This document shows positions 30,044 through 35,701 of a stretch of DNA of 35,701 nucleotides, piece after piece. The position numbers and the translations under genes are program-made. Origin of the DNA: Thermoproteota archaeon (GTDB lineage Archaea; Korarchaeota; Korarchaeia; B14-G2); the NCBI GenBank assembly GCA_037917675.1, contig JAVCBW010000061.1, forward strand, positions 1-35,701. The letters run 5' to 3'. A model generated the notes under the pieces. The model saw nothing but the letters and a program-made list of their open reading frames with translations, was not told the origin of the DNA and ran no database searches. Position 1 is the stretch's first letter. Every line of letters starts with the position of its first letter.

Positions 30044-31390
30044 GTGGCATGGCACCAGCTTCCTCAGGTGGTCTTGGCTAGCAGAGGAGTTGTAAGGCTG
30101 AAGTGGATCCTAGTGATGGAGGCCCTGCTAGCTGGAGTCTACTTGTCACTGACTAAAGGGCTCTTCGTCATATTCATGGTGTCCAGGGGACTTGGAGCCT
30201 GGGGGGTCTCTGCTGTCGCTCTGATATCGTCTGCTATCGCTACTCTAGTCAGCGTCGTGCTGTTTAAGTGGCCTTCCCTGCTAGCTGGAAGAGTTAAGGT
30301 GAAGCTCGTCTTGCTCCATGGGCTTGAGAGGGTAACGTGGCTCCTGGTGCCTGCTGCCCGAAGCCACTTTGCGATCGCAGCCTTATATGGCCTCATCAGC
30401 AGCCTTCCAGTGGGGACGCTCATCAACCTAGTCATCTACGGGCTCCTCCCAGAGGAGGATGTGATGGACTTGACTGCTAAGAGGTCTGCTGCCTTTAATG
30501 TATCTACGATACTAGGGTTCACTGCTGCCACCAGCTTAGCTACCCTGCTTCCTGGAGGAGAGAAGTACAGCTATATGATGTCTGCTGGAGCTGCCATAGG
30601 GCTAGCATCCACTCTGCTCGTCTCTCTCCTAGAGATCCCTAGGGATATCGAGGCTAAGCCTACTGGAGCTGAGATGCCTGAGAAGGTCTTCTCAGCATCA
30701 TACTTCATCATAGCCCAGTATGCTTCAGCTAACCTGCTTGGGATAATCTGGATCCCCTATGTAGTTGACAGGCTGAGGGCCCCAGATTCCCTTGCTGTGG
30801 CGATGAACCTGGTCGGTACTATAGCGAGCGTGTTTGCTTCACTATTCTGGGGCGGGAAGCCCTTCAGAGTGCTCAGGCTTAGCCTAGGCATGGATGCTAC
30901 TGCTCCAATCTTAGCCTGGGCTACTCCAGCTCCAGCTCTACACGTAGCTTTCTCTGCATACTCTTCTTTCTCCTTCACTGGAGCGAACTTCATAGGCCAG
31001 TTTCTGTTCGCTAGGTACAAAAGCTGGCTTGGCGCCGTGAAGGCGAGCACACTTGCTGCTGTACTTGGGTCTATAGCCCAGCTGATAGCTGCGCCAATAG
31101 GCCTCCTAGCTAGAGGCAGCTATATGCTTGCCTTCACAGCAGCCTCAATAGCGAAGATTGCTTCAGCGATAATAGCTCTAGTAGCGATACCTGAAGTCGC
31201 CTTAGTGCCTGAAGATGCTGCTAGAGCATACTCTCTAGTAATATACGAGAAGAGCATCCTAGGATACAGAGTCTCAGTTGAGCTCTCGAGGGAGGTCATC
31301 TTAACGTCTCTGAGGCTCCTAGCCTTCGCGCTATCCCTACTGCTGCTCTACACACTATACAGGGTCACAGCTCTAATAGTACATTTATAG
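30044..31390 (+). CDS. MFS-like transporter
   Basis: 448 aa with about 12-13 hydrophobic helices in two halves. Confidence 0.6.
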   Translation: MAWHQLPQVVLASRGVVRLKWILVMEALLAGVYLSLTKGLFVIFMVSRGLGAWGVSAVALISSAIATLVSVVLFKWPSLLAGRVKVKLVLLHGLERVTWLLVPAARSHFAIAALYGLISSLPVGTLINLVIYGLLPEEDVMDLTAKRSAAFNVSTILGFTAATSLATLLPGGEKYSYMMSAGAAIGLASTLLVSLLEIPRDIEAKPTGAEMPEKVFSASYFIIAQYASANLLGIIWIPYVVDRLRAPDSLAVAMNLVGTIASVFASLFWGGKPFRVLRLSLGMDATAPILAWATPAPALHVAFSAYSSFSFTGANFIGQFLFARYKSWLGAVKASTLAAVLGSIAQLIAAPIGLLARGSYMLAFTAASIAKIASAIIALVAIPEVALVPEDAARAYSLVIYEKSILGYRVSVELSREVILTSLRLLAFALSLLLLYTLYRVTALIVHL

Positions 31391-31471
31391 CAGCCTTCAG
31401 AAGCTGGCATCTACATGGATAGCTGAGAGCTCCAAGGTAGCGCCTGAATTCGTCTGCTGTGTCCACCTAGC

Positions 31472-32230
31472 TCAGCTACCATATGTGTGAGCTTCATGCT
31501 TTCCCTCAGACTCAGCATGCTGCAGGTGTATTAGCCTAGCTAGCTCCCTGACTCTCCTAGCTGTGACTCTCCCAGTGTTCCTGTCCCCCCTCTCACAGGC
31601 AGCTCCTCTAACACCTATTATGTCAGCTCCCAGCTCTAAGCATACTGGTATGTGCTCTAGCCTAAGTGCTCCTGCCAAGGCAGCCTTAAGCCCGAGGCTA
31701 TGTGCCTCATCTACAAACCTCCTGACCTCTCTTCTAGTGAGGTGGTCTAGTAGGCTCCTGCCATCTTTCACTGCTGTGTCAAGCATGGCTATGTCGCACC
31801 CAGACCTATATGCCACATAGGGGACCTCCATGGGGTCTAGTGTACCTACCTCATGTGCATCGCTGTATCCTGCTGCAACAACTAGTGACGAGGGCTTCAC
31901 GATCCTAGCTGCCTTCACAACCATGGACATGAGCTCCATGGCTCTACCTAAGCCATCGAACTTTAAGCCGACCTTCACTATGTCAGCTCCAGCCTGAAGA
32001 GCTCCTGCTGCAGCAAGCGAGATCGTCCCAGGCAGATAGGGTGCATCTCCTAGTGTAGCACTGACTTCGATGTCTCTTGGCACAGCGCTCCTGACAGCTG
32101 AGATAACCCAGGGGAAGTTGGCGCCTAAACTGCCTTCCCTAGGATTCTTTACGTCAACTATGTCAGCTCCACCCCTAACTGCCTCGATAGCTTCCTCGAC
32201 ATCCACTGAGCTGACTAGGAGCTTAGCCAA
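31472..32230 (-). CDS. mfnB: (5-formylfuran-3-yl)methyl phosphate synthase
   Basis: LLVS...EEA..A..GGADIVDVKNPREGSLGANFPW, SATLGD, MLDTAVKDG, ALAG.L, GVRGAAC. Confidence 0.93.
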   Translation of the reverse strand: MAKLLVSSVDVEEAIEAVRGGADIVDVKNPREGSLGANFPWVISAVRSAVPRDIEVSATLGDAPYLPGTISLAAAGALQAGADIVKVGLKFDGLGRAMELMSMVVKAARIVKPSSLVVAAGYSDAHEVGTLDPMEVPYVAYRSGCDIAMLDTAVKDGRSLLDHLTRREVRRFVDEAHSLGLKAALAGALRLEHIPVCLELGADIIGVRGAACERGDRNTGRVTARRVRELARLIHLQHAESEGKHEAHTYGS

Positions 32231-32367
32231 GCAACCCCCAAGCTAGCAGGCGCCTATAAATAAATTTAAGCATGCCCCCTGGCAGCTTGCAGCGTTAATG
32301 CCGGCTCATGCAGGCTTCCTATGGCATGAGCTTCTTCAAGTGAGGAAGCTGAGAAAAATGGTAGGGG

Positions 32368-33909
32368 CTAGAAGACGAGGCTCTCGTCAGTCCAGCTTGG
32401 GATATACCTGTAGTATTCAGCTGGCTTAGCCTTCTTCAGCCCCCTGTATGTTGGCCTGACCATCTTAACAGCTCTCCTCCTTGGATCCATGTATGTCTTA
32501 GCTAGCCCCTTCCTCTCCAGCTCTAAGGCTAGCTTAGCTATATCCTCCAGCTTAGCTCCAAGCCTGAGTGACAGCTCCTCTAATGGCGCATACAGCCCTG
32601 GGTTAGCCTTGTAGTAGTCTGCTAAGGCTTCAAGCAGCCTCTCCTCTGTCAGCTCAGCTGGCTTAGCTGGCTCCACCTTGAAGTATGGGAGTGGAGCATT
32701 GAGCTCTAGGTCTACCAGCATCACTGGCGGCTTAAGCTCCTTGCTCAGCGCCCTCAGCCCCTGCCTGAACAGTATAAGCCTCATGACCTCGTTTGTCCCA
32801 CCTATGATTGGGAATATCTTAGCATCACGGTAAAGCTGCTCTACTGGATAAAACTTCATCCAGCCGTCTCCACCCATGACCTGCACGGCATCTCTGGTAA
32901 CCTCCTCCACGACCTCAGTTACATATAGCTTAGCTAACGTAGCCTCAAGGACAGCATCCTCTCCTCTATCTAGCAGGTGGGCAGCATAGTAGGTGAGAAG
33001 CCTAGCTGTCTTCAGCTTAGCTATCATGTCAGCTATCCTGAACTGGTTGACCTGGAAGGCTATGGTAGGCTGATTGAACTGTACTCTCCTCTGAGTATGG
33101 TATACAGCATACCTCAAGGCTTCTCTTATAGGCCCTAGGGCGCTGGCTGCAATCAGCGTTCTCTCATAGTTTAAGCCTGAAACCATTATCTTCCATCCAT
33201 CACCCTCCTCTCCTAGCCTATTGCCTACTGGAACTCTGACCTCATCTAGGTTGAGATAGCCATTCTGAAGCCCATCCCAGCCACACAGTTCATTCACCCT
33301 CTCGACGCTAAAGCCCTCCATCCCCTTCTCAACTATGAAGGCTGTCAGGTGCCTATACTTGGCTCTGTCCTCTGGGCTTTCACTTGTCCTAGCATAGAGC
33401 ATGTAGAGGTCTGCTAGCCCAGCATTCGTGATGAACCTCTTCTTCCCTGTTATCACGTACTCGTCTCCCTCCCTCACAGCTATAGTCTCTATTCCAGCTG
33501 CATCAGACCCGAAGTACGGCTCAGTTATCACTATAGCTCCCCTGAGCTCTCCTCTAGCTATCCTAGGAAGCCACCTCTCCTTCTGCTCACCTGTACCAAA
33601 GAGCATTATCTGCTCTGCTCCACCGAACATGGTCGTCGTGTACACGTGACCTATCGTACCAAGCCTACCAAGCTCCTCAGCTACAATGCAGGAGCCTGTT
33701 GCTCCAAGCCCTAGGCCACCATACTCCTCTGGGATCAGAGCTCCAAACCACCCTCGCTTACAGACCTCATCGAGGAGCTTGAGAGGATACCTCTTCTCCC
33801 ATAGAGCCTTGATAGCCTCATGCATATGCTCGTCAGCAAACTCCTCAACCTCCTTAGCTAGCTCAACGTGCCTGCTAGACCACCATGGGAATGGCCTCAT
33901 GTCAGCCAC
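32368..33909 (-). CDS. Acyl-CoA dehydrogenase (IVD/LCAD-type active site) with C-terminal winged-helix-like extension
   Basis: PEEYGG, TEP..GSD, G.K.FITN, RVQF, Q.MGG.G, IIGGTNE; about 125 extra residues. Confidence 0.9.
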   Translation of the reverse strand: MADMRPFPWWSSRHVELAKEVEEFADEHMHEAIKALWEKRYPLKLLDEVCKRGWFGALIPEEYGGLGLGATGSCIVAEELGRLGTIGHVYTTTMFGGAEQIMLFGTGEQKERWLPRIARGELRGAIVITEPYFGSDAAGIETIAVREGDEYVITGKKRFITNAGLADLYMLYARTSESPEDRAKYRHLTAFIVEKGMEGFSVERVNELCGWDGLQNGYLNLDEVRVPVGNRLGEEGDGWKIMVSGLNYERTLIAASALGPIREALRYAVYHTQRRVQFNQPTIAFQVNQFRIADMIAKLKTARLLTYYAAHLLDRGEDAVLEATLAKLYVTEVVEEVTRDAVQVMGGDGWMKFYPVEQLYRDAKIFPIIGGTNEVMRLILFRQGLRALSKELKPPVMLVDLELNAPLPYFKVEPAKPAELTEERLLEALADYYKANPGLYAPLEELSLRLGAKLEDIAKLALELERKGLAKTYMDPRRRAVKMVRPTYRGLKKAKPAEYYRYIPSWTDESLVF

Positions 33910-34123
33910 CAGGGCTCCGCCTGCAGCTGCAGCTTAAAAGCATATGCTCATAGCAGCTGGCAGCAGAGCTAGCTTGAAGCTAGAGGCCCTCAAGGAGAAG
34001 CTTAAGCTAGTGTAGAACCCCCTACCAGAGGCACCATTAGTATGTCTTCCACCTCATAGCTTCATATCCTGAGCATGCTGGAGGAGAAGAGGCTCCTAGA
34101 TGCTGCTATAGGAGGTTAGGTGG

Positions 34124-34888
34124 TCAAGGGGAGACATCATAGTAGATCCTTACGCCCCCCTCTATAGCCTTGCTTCCTCTCAGAGTGATCTGCCCTACCT
34201 CTGAGGTCTTCCTTACATGGGTTCCAGTACAGGGTATCGCGTTTACACCAACTATCTCAACTACCCTATATCTTTCAGCCTTCGGAAGCCTACCTAGGTT
34301 TGGAGCACCATATATGGCTGATGGCAGCTCCTCTGGTTTCACGAACCTTATCCTCACATCCCTGTCATCAAGCAGCTCATTTGAAACCCTCTCAACCTCC
34401 CTCAGATCTAGGCTCTCTACACCTATACCATAGTCTATGAACGGCTCAGGAGGGCCGTGGTTAGCTCCTAGGGTTGCGATGCCTGCTCCAGCAAGCTCGG
34501 AGACAGCTCTGTCCAAAATATGGCCAGCTGTATGGGTCCTCATGATCCTATATCTCCTCTCCCAGTCAAGCTCCTGAAGAACTTCGGCCCCCTCCTCCAG
34601 CCTACCAGACACCACTCTCCCATATAGCACTATGACTCCTCTGCTCTCCAGCGTCTTCTTGACTTCAAACTCAACGCCTTCGCCTCTAAGCCACCCTCTA
34701 TCACCTGGCTGACCACCACCTAATGGGTGGAAGATCACAGGCTCTACAACTACATAGCATCTGCTCCCCCTCTTCTCTCTAACGACCCTGATGACCTCAG
34801 CTTGAGCAGACCTCACATAAGAATCCTTCAAGTAGAGCTTAGTAGACTCCCTAAGCTCCATGACCACATCTGCTAGCTTCATCACCAC
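34124..34888 (-). CDS. alaX: Alanyl-tRNA editing protein (AlaX-M type)
   Basis: LYLKDSY, FHPLGGGQPGDRG, HTAGH and CTGTH zinc motifs. Confidence 0.88.
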   Translation of the reverse strand: MVMKLADVVMELRESTKLYLKDSYVRSAQAEVIRVVREKRGSRCYVVVEPVIFHPLGGGQPGDRGWLRGEGVEFEVKKTLESRGVIVLYGRVVSGRLEEGAEVLQELDWERRYRIMRTHTAGHILDRAVSELAGAGIATLGANHGPPEPFIDYGIGVESLDLREVERVSNELLDDRDVRIRFVKPEELPSAIYGAPNLGRLPKAERYRVVEIVGVNAIPCTGTHVRKTSEVGQITLRGSKAIEGGVRIYYDVSP

Positions 34889-35050
34889 ACCACACAGATA
34901 GCTATTAAAATTTTTAATATACGCTTTGCCTACTGCTTCACTACCTCATATAGCTGCCCTAAACACAGCCTATTTGCAGCGCTCTTTTATGCTGGAAGCA
35001 CCTAAGGAGTAGTATGCTATGTGTGCTGAAGCTTATTGAGAGGTATTCTC

Positions 35051-35465
35051 CTGAATGGGTTCACGGTTGATGGACTTTCATAGAAAAACATGATTTTGAT
35101 CCATCGACTGTTTCCATATCATTGAGGCTGATGCCTCTAATAGGGCTTTCAGGGTAACCCCAGAGCCCACATCTGAAGGTTAAAACCGCTACAACATCTC
35201 TATCTAGAACTGTCACATTCGTTAGTTAACATCTACTCTTAATGTAAACTGTCTCCCAGGTGGGCCTTACCGCTATTAGAGTAGGTGACCTAATATCTCA
35301 CTTATCCATGTACACCACACCTTGATCTTACCTCTCTTAACCCGGTTTAAGACCATATGTCTGTTCACGTTCAGCTCTCCAGCCGCTTCACCGCCCCTCA
35401 GCAACTTCTTCATAAGATACCCAGACAGGTATGAATCTATCTAAAATCGTAACAGTTTCGTCTGA
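35051..35465 (-). mobile_element. Miniature, multiply deleted copy of the small-HTH + tnpB element
   Basis: MKKLLRGGEAAGELNVNRHMVLNRVKRGKIK (ATG 35413), tnpB scraps YSNSGKAHL / TVYIKS / LDRDVVAVL; ends homologous to 4633-5359; CTGA at both junctions. Confidence 0.8.
35057..35175 (-). ncRNA. Putative omega/reRNA scaffold (right end)
   Basis: Follows the RuvC-III scrap; homologous to 4638-4750 and shares a 17-mer with 1407-1423; stem 35100-35111/35063-35074. Confidence 0.55.
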
Positions 35466-35484
35466 CAGATACCATGTACACCAC
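35306..35484 (+). repeat. Perfect 13-bp direct repeat CCATGTACACCAC
   Basis: Copies at 35306-35318 (inside the element) and 35472-35484 (flank). Confidence 0.9.
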
Positions 35485-35528
35485 GTAGTTTTTAAAGGTA
35501 GCTACAGCAGGTTTATTAGGGATTAGAA

Positions 35529-35701
35529 TTGGAGACAGAGCTTAAAGCTAAGCTACTCAAGATGCTCAGAGAAGACGAGGAGTTTAGGTACACTGTAGCT
35601 GGCCTCATAGGGCTAGGCGAGATATTAAGAGAGCTAGCAGATCTCAGGTATAGATCCGAGCAGCACGACAGGAAGTTCAATGAGATCCTCGGCAGGCTAG
35701 A
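35529..35701 (+). CDS. Archaeal coiled-coil protein (DUF3782 / paREP-like), 5' part only; runs off the window
   Basis: TTG start, LKAKLLKMLREDEEFRYTVAGLIGLGEIL, open to the window end. Confidence 0.7.
   Translation, partial: METELKAKLLKMLREDEEFRYTVAGLIGLGEILRELADLRYRSEQHDRKFNEILGRL

Noticed and set aside
683-34433. Many 60-216 aa ORFs antisense or in alternate frames to real genes (for example 13650-14300, 15340-15813, 26147-26623)
   Set aside because: They are Ser/Leu-rich shadows of well-supported genes with no recognisable motifs.
1-35701. CRISPR array, tRNA or rRNA genes
   Set aside because: No regularly spaced repeats, cloverleaf or rRNA-like sequence was recognised; the repeats found occur only twice.

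Overview
This is archaeal chromosomal DNA, probably from a thermophilic anaerobe (TATA-box promoters, many apparently leaderless genes with TTG/GTG starts, archaeal-type proteins). Host genes include a pstC-pstA-pstB-phoU operon without pstS, a radical SAM/SPASM protein, a PPP phosphatase, an N-terminally extended XPB-like helicase, pyrG, an M28/DUF4910 peptidase, Lhr helicase plus its phosphoesterase, an M32 carboxypeptidase, an AAA/DUF4143 ATPase, AlaX and an acyl-CoA dehydrogenase fused to a winged helix. Four methanofuran biosynthesis genes (mfnD, mfnF, mfnE, mfnB) surround a Tat-exported DUF362 + NapG/NapH-like redox module whose ORFs overlap into mfnE. Four decayed IS607/TnpB-type elements are present. 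Two of them belong to one transposase-free small-HTH + tnpB family with a covarying right-end stem, and one copy appears to separate a Roadblock/LC7 gene from its promoter. Three of the remnants carry 13-18 nt copied from nearby DNA at or beside their deletion junctions, which looks like a templated-insertion (synthesis-dependent end-joining or template-switch) signature. The host DNA is strongly enriched in AGCT/CTAG, and 15 of 27 complete genes end in TAG. All calls come from motif recognition and hand alignment; no searches were run.
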